In this document: piece after piece, positions 23,628 through 32,827 of the stretch
How the letters are laid out: the number at the start of each line of letters is the position of its first letter
How positions within the stretch are numbered: position 1 is the first letter of the stretch
From: an uncultured Gemmatimonadaceae bacterium
Lineage (GTDB): Bacteria; Gemmatimonadota; Gemmatimonadetes; Gemmatimonadales; Gemmatimonadaceae
Assembly (NCBI GenBank): GCA_963781585.1
Contig: CAWAGQ010000001.1
Coordinates: 33,492-97,491 of the forward strand
Direction: 5' to 3'
DNA: 64,000 nucleotides
Made by a program: the position numbers and the translations under genes
The notes under the pieces: generated by a model
Database searches by the model: none
What the model was told of the DNA's origin: nothing
The model's input: the letters and a program-made list of their open reading frames with translations, nothing else

Positions 23628-24506
23628 CTAACGTCTCGAGCCCACCTCCGCGAGGAACGCTTCGAGCGTGGAGTCGAACCGCGCCGGCACGTCGAAGTGC
23701 ACCCCGTGACCGCCGCCCGGGACGAGCACCTTTCTAGCGTGCGGCATCCAAGTCACGAGGGAATCCGACACGACCATCCAGCGCCGCCCCTCGTGTTCGC
23801 CGGAGATGAAGAGCGTCGGCATCGTCCACTGCCGCATCGCGTCGAGCTGCGCCCGCGGGAATGTCCCTGACTCGGGGTGGTCCTCCAGGAGGTCGCGTCC
23901 ATTGTACTCCGCGATGATCGAATCCAGACGGGCGGCCATCGCGGGTGTGCGATCAGGCCCCGGCACGAACTGCGGCATCGCCGACACGAGCTTGAATACG
24001 GAATCGAGTCCGTATTGGCGCGCGATCGGTGCGGCCGCCGCGAGCCCTGCCCCGGGAGGTTGGGGGATGGGAAAGCCCGCAGGTTCGCCGCCGCCGTACA
24101 GGACCAGAGCCACCACGCGCTCCGGCATCGCGGCCGCGAACCGGGTCGCGACGTCCCCACCGGCCGAATGTCCCACGAGGATCGCCGACTGGATGTGGAG
24201 CGTGTCGAGCAGGGCCCGCAAATCACCGGGATCCGCCGAGGGATCGGCGTAACCGGTGGACTTGCCGTAACCGCGGCGGTCGTACGCCACGACCCGGTAG
24301 CGCGGAGACAGGGCGGCAATCTGATCGACCCATTCCCGCTGACTCAGCGCCCAGCCGTGAATGAGCACCACGGCCGGTCCGGACCCAGCGACTGTGTAAT
24401 AGATGTGGGCGTCGCCGACGTCGAGGGTTCCCGACTGTGGCGCCGTCGTGGTGCAGGCCAGCGACGCGGCGGAGAGCAGGAATGCGAGACGGGACAGTTG
24501 GCGCAT
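23628..24506 (-). CDS. Alpha/beta hydrolase, probable lipoprotein
   Basis: SLAC lipobox-like signal, LIHGW, DRRGYGKS, GHSAGG nucleophile elbow, GGGHG; GGAGG RBS upstream. Confidence 0.9.
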   Translation of the reverse strand: MRQLSRLAFLLSAASLACTTTAPQSGTLDVGDAHIYYTVAGSGPAVVLIHGWALSQREWVDQIAALSPRYRVVAYDRRGYGKSTGYADPSADPGDLRALLDTLHIQSAILVGHSAGGDVATRFAAAMPERVVALVLYGGGEPAGFPIPQPPGAGLAAAAPIARQYGLDSVFKLVSAMPQFVPGPDRTPAMAARLDSIIAEYNGRDLLEDHPESGTFPRAQLDAMRQWTMPTLFISGEHEGRRWMVVSDSLVTWMPHARKVLVPGGGHGVHFDVPARFDSTLEAFLAEVGSRR

Positions 24507-24571
24507 CGCGCACCTCCAATGACGGTGGTGGTACGGGGAGGGGAAGACGAGGTCAGGAAAACGGGCGAATA

Positions 24572-24650
24572 AATGGGGTCAGACTCGAATCACCAGGGCG
24601 GCAATTCCAGTCTGACCCCATTTTCCTGGAAATTCGAATCTGACCCCAAT
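24572..24650. repeat. Three copies of a 19-bp GGGGTCAGA-type repeat (one forward, two inverted)
   Basis: AATGGGGTCAGACTCGAAT (24572-24590), ATTCCAGTCTGACCCCATT (24604-24622), ATTCGAATCTGACCCCAAT (24632-24650). Confidence 0.85.
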
Positions 24651-24658
24651 GGAGCATT

Positions 24659-27100
24659 TCATTTCGGCCGGCCACCCCTCGGCGAAGTGAACAGCGCGAC
24701 ATCAAGACCCACCCTCCGCAGCAGCGCCGCAAAACGCGGGTTACCGCGGACAGGATCGAGAATGGGATTCGCCGCGAACGGTGCGCTGGGCCAGAACTCG
24801 CCGGCATCGGTCGCGCGCTCGAACTCGTCGAGCGCACGCCCGGTGTCATTGAGCGCAAGCGCCACCTCCGCGAGCGACGAATGGCCGAAGGACCTCGACC
24901 GCGTCGCGGTCTGCACGTACTGCGCGACCTGCCTCAACATCTGGCTGTCGCCGATTGCCGCGTACAGCAACGCTGCGCCGGCCGGCCACGGCGCCGGCCG
25001 GGGGATGCCGTTGGGTCGCCACATGATCTCGGTGAGGGCGCGCGCGCGCTCCGTCTGGCCTCGATCGAGGGCAATCTGGGCTCCCATGTACGCGATCGGC
25101 ACGCTCGTCGAGTCCAGCTCGAGCGCCCGCTCGATCTCGGTGAAGGCGTCAGAACGCCGCCCTACCAGTGACAGGAGCTCGGCGAGCCACCCACCGATCA
25201 CCGGCGAAGTCGGGTCGAGGTCTTTCGCACGCACGAATTCGCCGACCGCGTCGCTCAGCCGCCCGACATAGGTCAGATATCGTCCATAGTGCATGTGGGT
25301 GAAGGCGTCGTTCGGGTCCAGCGTCAGCGCGAGCCGGAACTCCGAATCCGCCTCCGCCCACCGGAAGGCGTGCATCGACACCAGCGCCAGCGACGCCTCC
25401 GCTTGTGCGAGCGAGGGGTCGAGGTCGAGCGCCCGGCGCGCCGCCGTGGTCGCCCGCGCCGCGAGCTCCTGGTTGGTGGTGTCGGCGAAGTTCGGCAGAA
25501 TGGTGAGCGCGGCGCTCAACGCCGAGTGGGCGCGCGCGAACCCGGGATCGCGCGCGATCGCCTGCTCGAAGAGCTGCGCGGCCCGGAGCACGCCGTTACC
25601 GCGGCTGCGCAGCAGGACCTGCCCTCGCAGGTACAGTTCGTACGCGGCGGTGTCCGAGGTGCCGCGCAGCAAGCCCGGTGCCGCCGCCAGCTCCGACGGC
25701 GCTCGGCCGAGCACATCCGGGGGCACGGCGCTCGTGATCCCACTCGTTATGCTGTCGAGGGTCGCCAGAATGTCCTCGGCACCGTGATCGAACGTGTCAC
25801 TCCAGACGACGCTGTCGTCGGCACTGCGAGTGAGCCACGCCTGCACCCGCACCCGGTCGCCAACGGGCCAGAAGGTGCCATGGACCAGATAACTCACCTG
25901 CAGCGCGCGGCCGGCCTCGCCGGCATTCACGTTCCGCTGTCCACGAAACCGCTCCACCGACGTTCGGCTCGCGAGCCGCAGGCCGCGCACTCGAGCCAGC
26001 GCGGTGGTTACCTCGTCGGTGAGGCCGTCGGCCCAGAGGTCCTTCGATGTGTCGCCGCCGATGTTCACGAACGGCAGGACGCCAAGGGACGCCATCTGCA
26101 GGGCGCCGCCTTGCGGGCCGCGTGCCTGACGGATCAGGAGCCCCGCCGCGACGGCGACCGCGACGGCGGCAAGAACGACCGCACCGACCCGTTGGCGGCG
26201 CGAGAGGCGATTGCGCAACCGGCTCAAGGCCGAGGACGACACGGTGACGCCGTCGAGCACGCGCAGGATCTCGCCGGCGCTCTGTGGACGTCGCTCCGCC
26301 TCTTTTTCCAGGCACTGCATGACGAGCCGCACCAGCACCGGCGGGCATTCGGGGCACCGCTCTCCCAGGGGAACGGACTGTTCGCCGAGGTGGGACGCGA
26401 GGATCTGGTGGGCGGCCCGATCGCCGAACGGGGTTCGGCCCGCCAGCACCTCGTAGGCGAGACACCCGAAGGAATACAGGTCAGCCCGGTGATCCATCTG
26501 CGGATCGGACGTGATCTGCTCGGGCGACATGTAGGCCGGAGTGCCGAGGGCCATCCCTGCCTGCGTGTAGGTCGTCGACGCGTCGTGTGGCGATTCGTCG
26601 CCGTCGCGCGCGGCACTGATCGCCTTGGCGATCCCGAAATCGGTCACCATCGCGGTGCCGCCGGAGAGCAGCACGTTGCCCGGCTTGATGTCGCGATGCA
26701 CCACGCCGCGGTCGTGTGCGTACGCCAGCGCGCGCGCCACGTCGCGCAGGATGCCGATCGCTTCGGTCAGCGGAATCCGGTCGCCCTGCGCGAGTCGCTC
26801 ACGAAGGGAGAGGCCGTCCACCAGAGGCATCGTGTACAGCGGGACGCCCGCGGCCTCCCCGGCGGAGAGCACGGGGACGATGTTCGCCTGCTGGAGCGAC
26901 GCGGCGAGCTTGATCTCGCGCTCGAACCGCTTGGCGGAGAGCCCGGCGGCGAGATCGGGCGACAGGACCTTGATGACGACCTGGCGCGCCAGGGTCGTGT
27001 CGCGGGCGACGAATACGCGCGCCATACCCCCGCCGCCGAGCTCACGCTCGATCCGGTACTGTTCGCCGAGGGCCTCTTGCAGTTGCTGGAGAACTTCCAT
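24659..27100 (-). CDS. Ser/Thr kinase with TM, TolB-N-like and TPR domains
   Basis: GGGGMA, HRDIKPGN, DFG, YMSPE; TM segment; LGVLPFVN..ADGLTDEV; TPR repeats ending VRGNPRF. Likely ATG at 27100. Confidence 0.92.
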   Translation of the reverse strand: MEVLQQLQEALGEQYRIERELGGGGMARVFVARDTTLARQVVIKVLSPDLAAGLSAKRFEREIKLAASLQQANIVPVLSAGEAAGVPLYTMPLVDGLSLRERLAQGDRIPLTEAIGILRDVARALAYAHDRGVVHRDIKPGNVLLSGGTAMVTDFGIAKAISAARDGDESPHDASTTYTQAGMALGTPAYMSPEQITSDPQMDHRADLYSFGCLAYEVLAGRTPFGDRAAHQILASHLGEQSVPLGERCPECPPVLVRLVMQCLEKEAERRPQSAGEILRVLDGVTVSSSALSRLRNRLSRRQRVGAVVLAAVAVAVAAGLLIRQARGPQGGALQMASLGVLPFVNIGGDTSKDLWADGLTDEVTTALARVRGLRLASRTSVERFRGQRNVNAGEAGRALQVSYLVHGTFWPVGDRVRVQAWLTRSADDSVVWSDTFDHGAEDILATLDSITSGITSAVPPDVLGRAPSELAAAPGLLRGTSDTAAYELYLRGQVLLRSRGNGVLRAAQLFEQAIARDPGFARAHSALSAALTILPNFADTTNQELAARATTAARRALDLDPSLAQAEASLALVSMHAFRWAEADSEFRLALTLDPNDAFTHMHYGRYLTYVGRLSDAVGEFVRAKDLDPTSPVIGGWLAELLSLVGRRSDAFTEIERALELDSTSVPIAYMGAQIALDRGQTERARALTEIMWRPNGIPRPAPWPAGAALLYAAIGDSQMLRQVAQYVQTATRSRSFGHSSLAEVALALNDTGRALDEFERATDAGEFWPSAPFAANPILDPVRGNPRFAALLRRVGLDVALFTSPRGGRPK

Positions 27101-27370
27101 CGGTGCTCCGGGGGCCACCAGAGGGAAGGAGCGTCATCCGCAACCTAGGACGATTCCTGCAGCGCGGCCAGACGTCAACCAGCACGATCCGCGTCCGGAC
27201 CACGAGAGAAAGGGTTGCGTCCGCGGTGCATGGCAGCGACCATAGCAGAAACCACACCGGCTTCCGCCTCGTGTCCCGACGCCACCCTCGGCGCGCGGCG
27301 CTGCCTCTCCCGCTGTCGCCACGAGGCACGACACCAGGAAGCCGGATACCATGCGACCACGGAGGTCCCG

Positions 27371-27721
27371 ATGGCTTCACATGTCCTGATGTTCGGCTGG
27401 AACCGGGCGATACCGGGCCGGGAGAGAATCAGTGCGGCGCACTTCGGCGAATTCGTCACCTACCTCGGTGCGCTGAAGCAGAAGGGGGTCATCGAGATGT
27501 TCCAACCGGTCTTCCTGGAAGCCCACGGGGGCGATCTGAACGGGTTCTTTCTGCTTTCGGGCGAGGGCAGCAAGCTCGATGCCCTGACTGCCACGACGGA
27601 GTGGATCACGCACCTCACGCGCGCCGCACTGCACCTCGAAGGCGCAGGAGCCATTCGCGGCGTCACCGGTGATGAGATCGCGACGCGAATGGAGATGTGG
27701 ACCCAGGCTATTCCGGCCTAG
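27371..27721 (+). CDS. Small hypothetical protein (116 aa)
   Basis: GGAGG RBS at 27361-27365; protein-like composition (LMFGWNRAIPGRE..HGGDLNGFFLL). Confidence 0.8.
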   Translation: MASHVLMFGWNRAIPGRERISAAHFGEFVTYLGALKQKGVIEMFQPVFLEAHGGDLNGFFLLSGEGSKLDALTATTEWITHLTRAALHLEGAGAIRGVTGDEIATRMEMWTQAIPA

Positions 27722-27858
27722 CTCGCGACGGGTCTCGTGGCGGGGAGCCGAGAACTCCGGATTGCGAAGAAGCAGCTGCCGGCCGAGCTGACTGGCGAGA
27801 GCGGTCGTCAGCACGGAATGCTCCTCGCCGTGGTGTGTTGGCGGTCGGCTGCTGCATC

Positions 27859-27999
27859 TTGGAAAAGGGCGACACGTCCAGGGCCGCGTCGAACTACCAG
27901 AAGTTCATCGAGTTGTGGAAGGACGCCGACCCCGAGCTGCAGCCCAGGGTGCGCGAGGTGCGCGAGCGGCTCGCGCGGCTGCAGCGCGGAAAGGGGTAG
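27859..27999 (+). pseudogene. Orphan C-terminal TPR-protein fragment
   Basis: Encodes LEKGDTSRAASNYQKFIELWKDADPELQPRVREVRERLARLQRGKG*, resembling the tail of TPR-containing kinases/regulators; the upstream sequence does not look coding. Confidence 0.65.
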
Positions 28000-28049
28000 G
28001 CGCGTGGGCGGTCGTGGGCGGTGATCACCCGATCGCCCGACCCCGACGC

Positions 28050-29783
28050 CTAACGACTATCGGGACGGGGTACCGCCCCTGTCGTGGTGCGCCGAAATAC
28101 GTCGATGCGAGATGGTGGATCGACGATGGCTCGCGTCTCCGCCGCGCTGAATCCGGCCTTCGCGAGTGACGGCAGGAAAAACGGCAGCCGGTACGTCCCC
28201 GAGCTGTCCGCCGGCGTGATCGCTACCACGCTGACGAACCGCCCCGTCGTCAGGGCTTCGTCGAAGGCCCTCAACGCGTCGGCCGAATCCGCGCTCGAAG
28301 TCGGTCTGCCGAACGCGATCGACCGTGTGATCCCAGGTCGCTCGTATCGCGTAAGCGCGTCGACGAGGTCAGAGCGCACCGCGCCCGGCAGAGACCAGCG
28401 GGCCATGACACCGGCCAGCCGCCGCTCATGCGGCACGTCTACGATCTCGTTGATTGCCCCCGATTGCTCCGGCGACAGCAGCCTTTCGCGGCTCGCCAGG
28501 TACCAGTCGATGCTCGGACCGGGGAATCGCCCGCCGGTCGTGGCGACGACCAACGTGGGCGCGCCCGCGCGTACCGCCGCCGCGATGATGACGAGCGACT
28601 CCGCCGCCCCCGCCGGCAACGCCTGTGTCGCGGCCTGACGGGCAATGGCGCGACCCTGCGCAACCACGATCGCGACGATCGACAACACCATCGCCGTGCG
28701 CGGGATGATCGCGGCGCGACCCGATTTACCGCTGACCCAACGCCGCCAGCCCGCGGCGAGCACGCAACCCGCCAGCATGAACATCGCCGGAAGCAGCGGA
28801 AACAGGTGCCGCTCCACCTTCGTGTGGTGCACTTCACCAATGGCGAACTGGATCGCGATCACGAGCAGCAGCAGGCGCACATTCGGATCGCTTCGAAGCC
28901 GCCAGGCGCCGACTACGGCAGCAACCAGGAGCACGAAGACCGGGAAGGAGCCCGACAGGTGGACGAGGGCGCGCGGATAGTACAGGAGGCCCTCCGCGGT
29001 CCACGGCGACGCCGTTCCGTAGCGCTGGTTGACCAGCATCGTCCAGGTCGCCCCCAGCTTGGGGAGGTATGCGAACCACACCGCGCTCGTCACGACCACC
29101 GGCACCAGCGCGTACCCATACTCCCGGCGGAACAGCCCCCGAAGGCGACCCCGGGCCTCGATGGCCGCGTCAACGGCGAACACGATCAGGAGCAGGATGC
29201 CATAGTTCGCCTTGAGAAAGTACGTGACCATGAGCATCGCGCCGAGGAGCCAGTACGCCGGCGGACGCGCGCCGCGTTGTCGCAGCGAAAATCGCACGTA
29301 CAGCGTCGCGACGAAGGCGGCGAGCGCCGGGATTTCGAGCATGACGTTGGTGGCGAATCCCAGCAGCGGTGGTGAGGTGAGCGAGAGCACCGCTGCGATG
29401 AGCCCGCACGCCTCGCCGTCCCGCGCCGCCACCGCGCGGCCGCCGCCCATCGCCCGCGCGGCGAGAAAGACCGCAACGACGAGAAGCACGAAGCCAACGA
29501 GACTCACCGAGCGCGCCGGCACCGTTCCCGGACCGACAGAGAGGAACGCGATCGCGGTCAGCCAGGAATGGAGGAACGGCCAGTACACCTGCTTGTAGCT
29601 GTCGAGCAGCACGGCCAGCCAGTCGCCGCTCCGGGCGTCGGAGGCGATCAACAGGCCGTGCAATGCGTGGGCGGACTGGTCCCAATCGAGTCCGCCGGCG
29701 GACTGGACCTGATACACGAAGAGCAGCCAGGCGGTGACCAGCGCGGCCAGCACAACACCCGGCAATGCGAGTCGTCGGCTCAC
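28050..29783 (-). CDS. GT-C-fold (PMT/ArnT-like) membrane glycosyltransferase
   Basis: WDQSAH after TM1, YWPFL, VMLEIP, LKANYG, ERHLFP; about 10 TM plus a C-terminal soluble domain. Confidence 0.7.
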   Translation of the reverse strand: MSRRLALPGVVLAALVTAWLLFVYQVQSAGGLDWDQSAHALHGLLIASDARSGDWLAVLLDSYKQVYWPFLHSWLTAIAFLSVGPGTVPARSVSLVGFVLLVVAVFLAARAMGGGRAVAARDGEACGLIAAVLSLTSPPLLGFATNVMLEIPALAAFVATLYVRFSLRQRGARPPAYWLLGAMLMVTYFLKANYGILLLIVFAVDAAIEARGRLRGLFRREYGYALVPVVVTSAVWFAYLPKLGATWTMLVNQRYGTASPWTAEGLLYYPRALVHLSGSFPVFVLLVAAVVGAWRLRSDPNVRLLLLVIAIQFAIGEVHHTKVERHLFPLLPAMFMLAGCVLAAGWRRWVSGKSGRAAIIPRTAMVLSIVAIVVAQGRAIARQAATQALPAGAAESLVIIAAAVRAGAPTLVVATTGGRFPGPSIDWYLASRERLLSPEQSGAINEIVDVPHERRLAGVMARWSLPGAVRSDLVDALTRYERPGITRSIAFGRPTSSADSADALRAFDEALTTGRFVSVVAITPADSSGTYRLPFFLPSLAKAGFSAAETRAIVDPPSRIDVFRRTTTGAVPRPDSR

Positions 29784-29838
29784 GGCGCGCTGCGGTCCAG
29801 CGGGTGGGGCGGACGGGGCGTAATTAGCACGGGGTTGA

Positions 29839-29901
29839 GAGTCCAGAGTTCAGCGTCCGGAGTGCGGAGGCCAGAGGGTGGAGTCCAGAACCCATAACCT
29901 G
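29839..29901. repeat. Degenerate heptamer tandem array (consensus GAGTCCA, about 9 units)
   Basis: GAGTCCA GAGTTCA GCGTCCG GAGTGCG GAGGCCA GAGGGTG GAGTCCA GAACCCA TAACCTG. Confidence 0.75.
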
Positions 29902-29973
29902 CGTCGCATGCGCATTGCTTGATTAGTGAGCTGCTGAGAACTGGCTGCTGTAAGCTGTCCACAGCTCGCGTTA

Positions 29974-30034
29974 CTTGACCGCTGACCGCTGACCGCTATT
30001 GCTGACTGCTGACCGCTATTGCTGACCGCTGACC
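29974..30034. repeat. GCTGACC tandem array with a 20-bp higher-order unit
   Basis: (GCTGACY GCTGACC GCTATT) x2 followed by GCTGACC x2. Confidence 0.85.
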
Positions 30035-30072
30035 GCCGCAAGCCAAGGTCCTGACAACTGATGGAGCCCCGC

Positions 30073-32802
30073 ATGTATCGCACCAACGCCTGGTTCCGGA
30101 GTGCATCCTGCAGCATCCTTGCCACCGCAGGCCTTTTGCTTGCCGTCGCCCTGCCGCTCGGGGCGCAGGCCGCCGCCACGCCGCAGGGATGGAATCCAGA
30201 CGCGATTCTCAAGGCCGAGACCTACGTCCGTCCCCCCGCGGTCGTGGAGCGCATCATCACCGCGCCGCGCACCGACATCTCGTTCACCAACCCGAGTCCT
30301 GATCGCAAGTGGTTTCTGCGCTCGGTCGGCCCCGATCGCGGGGACGTCAAGTACTATGGGAAAGGCCATATCTACCTCGCCGGGCTCCAGGTCGACACCG
30401 TGGCGAATCGCTCCCGCGCGCTCACCGATCACGGCGCCACGTCCTTGTTGCTGGTCGACCCGCGCACCGGTTCCACCAGGACGATCGCGGCGCCCCCGGG
30501 CGCACTGATCGTTTCTCCGGTCTGGTCGCCGAGCGGGACGCAGATCGCCTACGTGGCGGACTTCGACGGGGCGTCGCAGCTCTTCCTCGCCGACGTGAGC
30601 AGCGGAAAGTCGACGCCGCTCACGAAGACGCCGGTCCTCGCCACACTCGTCACCTCGATCGACTGGACCGCCGACGGCAAGTCGATCGTGTCGGTGCTGG
30701 TGCCCGAAGGCCGCGGCCCCGCGCCCACGCATGGTGCCGGCGGGATCGAGGACGGACCCCAGGTGCGGCTCACCGAAGGGCGGATCATCCCCCAGGTGAT
30801 TCACGCCAGCCTCCTCGAGGACCCGCACGACAAGGCATTGCTCAAATACTATACGACCGGCCAACTCGCGGTCATCGAGGTGAGGTCGAAGGCGGTAAGG
30901 AAGGTTGGCGCGCCAGCGATGATCCGGTCGGTCGACGTCTCGCCCGACGGGCAGTATCTGCGGGTGACGCGGATGGTGGAGCCGTTCTCGTACCGGGTAC
31001 CGATGGCCAACTTCGGCTCGGTGCAGGAACTGTGGGATGCGAGCGGCCGGGTTGTCGCCACGCTGAGCACGATACCGCTTCGCGAGGGCGAGCGCACCGA
31101 CGACGCCGACGTCCCGGCGTTCGGCGGCCGGGGGGGACCGCAGCAGTCCGCGTCGGATACCGGCAAGCGCAATCTGCAGTGGAATCCGGTGGGACCGGGG
31201 ATGGTCTATCTCGAGTCGGTCTTCGCCCCGAATGCCGGCGCCGGCGGAAGGTCGGGTCGTGGAGCGCCTAACGCCGGTCGAGGCGCGACCAACGCGGGCC
31301 GCGGCAGCCAGCAGCGTCCACAGCCCTCCAGCGTGCGATACATGCGCTGGATGCCTCCGTACGGACCGGGGGACACCAGCCTCGTGTACGAGGGAAGCGG
31401 GCGCCTGACGAGTGTCGCCTACAGCGCCGACGGCAGGATCATGTTCGCGGCCGACAGCGGCGCGGTGTTCGCGATCCGCACCGGCGACCCGTCGAAGCGA
31501 TTCAACCTGGGGCGCGGAGTCACCCTTCCCGGCGGCGGATTCGGAGGCTTTGGGGGACGGGGAGGGGGCCGCGGTGGCGCGTTCGGCGGCGGCACCGATT
31601 CCTCGGCGGTTGGTGGCGCGCTCGCGATACGCCGCGGGGCGAACGGTGAGCCGGAGGTGGTCGTCGGCACCGATAACAAGACCGTCTACCTCTCGGGCAC
31701 GCGGGCACCGGGCGCCGACTGGAACACCCAGGCGCCACGTCCGTGGGTGGACAAACTCGACTTCGAGAGTGGCCAGCGATCGCGTCTCTTCGAGAGCCCG
31801 GCCGATGCGTATGACGAATTCGTCACCGCGCTCGACGACGACTACGCGCAGTACATCTACACCCACGAGACGCCGACCGTCATCGCCGACGCGTACCTGC
31901 GCGACGAACGCGCGGGAACGAGCCGGAAACTCACCACTAATGTCGACGTAGCACCCGAAGTCACCCAGGCGCAGCACAAGCGCTTCCAGGTGACCCGGCT
32001 GCGCGACGGCGTGAAGTTCTGGGTCGACGTCCTGCTCCCCCGCGACTGGAAGCCGGGCACGCGGCTGCCCGGGATCATCTGGTTCTATCCGCGCGAATAC
32101 ACCACCCAGGCCGAGTACGACCGGTCGAAGTACAACACCAACATCAATCGCTTCCCCGAGGTACCGGCGGTCCGCCCGGCATCGGCCACGCGCATCTGGG
32201 TCTCACAGGGCTACGCCTACATCGAGCCCGACAGCCCGATCATGGGCGACAGCGGCCGGATGAACGACAACTACACGCAGGACCTCCGGGAAAACCTCGA
32301 CGCGGTGGTCGATGCCGTGGTCGATTCCGGATGGGTCGATCGCGACCGCATGGGCGTGGGTGGGCACAGCTACGGCGCCTTCAGCACGGTGAACGCGATG
32401 ACGCTGGTGCCGTACTTCAAGGCCGGCATCGCCGGGGACGGGATGTACAATCGCTCGCTCACGCCGTTCGGCTTCCAGAGCGAGCGCCGCAGCTTCTTCG
32501 AGGCCCAGGACACGTATCTCGACATGTCGCCGTTCTACCGGGCCGACCGGCTGAGTGGCGCGCTGCTCATGTACCACTCGCTGGAAGATCAGAATGTCGG
32601 CACCGCGCCCATCAGCTCGATCCGCATGCTGCACGCGCTGCAGGGGCTGGGGAAGACGGCGGCGCTGTTCATGTATCCGTACGAGGACCACAGCGTGGCC
32701 ACGTATCAGACCGATCTGGACCAGTGGGCGCGATGGCTCGCCTGGTTCGACGTGTACGTCAGGAATCCCAGGAAGGACACGAAGGCGGTGACGCAACCGT
32801 AG
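30073..32802 (+). CDS. Secreted S9 (prolyl oligopeptidase-family) peptidase
   Basis: Signal peptide, propeller repeats (WSPSG, VSPDG), GGHSYG nucleophile, DQNVG and YEDH catalytic motifs; GGAG before ATG at 30073. Confidence 0.92.
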   Translation: MYRTNAWFRSASCSILATAGLLLAVALPLGAQAAATPQGWNPDAILKAETYVRPPAVVERIITAPRTDISFTNPSPDRKWFLRSVGPDRGDVKYYGKGHIYLAGLQVDTVANRSRALTDHGATSLLLVDPRTGSTRTIAAPPGALIVSPVWSPSGTQIAYVADFDGASQLFLADVSSGKSTPLTKTPVLATLVTSIDWTADGKSIVSVLVPEGRGPAPTHGAGGIEDGPQVRLTEGRIIPQVIHASLLEDPHDKALLKYYTTGQLAVIEVRSKAVRKVGAPAMIRSVDVSPDGQYLRVTRMVEPFSYRVPMANFGSVQELWDASGRVVATLSTIPLREGERTDDADVPAFGGRGGPQQSASDTGKRNLQWNPVGPGMVYLESVFAPNAGAGGRSGRGAPNAGRGATNAGRGSQQRPQPSSVRYMRWMPPYGPGDTSLVYEGSGRLTSVAYSADGRIMFAADSGAVFAIRTGDPSKRFNLGRGVTLPGGGFGGFGGRGGGRGGAFGGGTDSSAVGGALAIRRGANGEPEVVVGTDNKTVYLSGTRAPGADWNTQAPRPWVDKLDFESGQRSRLFESPADAYDEFVTALDDDYAQYIYTHETPTVIADAYLRDERAGTSRKLTTNVDVAPEVTQAQHKRFQVTRLRDGVKFWVDVLLPRDWKPGTRLPGIIWFYPREYTTQAEYDRSKYNTNINRFPEVPAVRPASATRIWVSQGYAYIEPDSPIMGDSGRMNDNYTQDLRENLDAVVDAVVDSGWVDRDRMGVGGHSYGAFSTVNAMTLVPYFKAGIAGDGMYNRSLTPFGFQSERRSFFEAQDTYLDMSPFYRADRLSGALLMYHSLEDQNVGTAPISSIRMLHALQGLGKTAALFMYPYEDHSVATYQTDLDQWARWLAWFDVYVRNPRKDTKAVTQP

Positions 32803-32827
32803 GCAACCGGCGACGCGGACCGAGCGG

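Noticed and set aside
24572..24650. CRISPR array
   Set aside because: Repeats are 19 bp in mixed orientation with 9-13 bp spacers; no cas genes.
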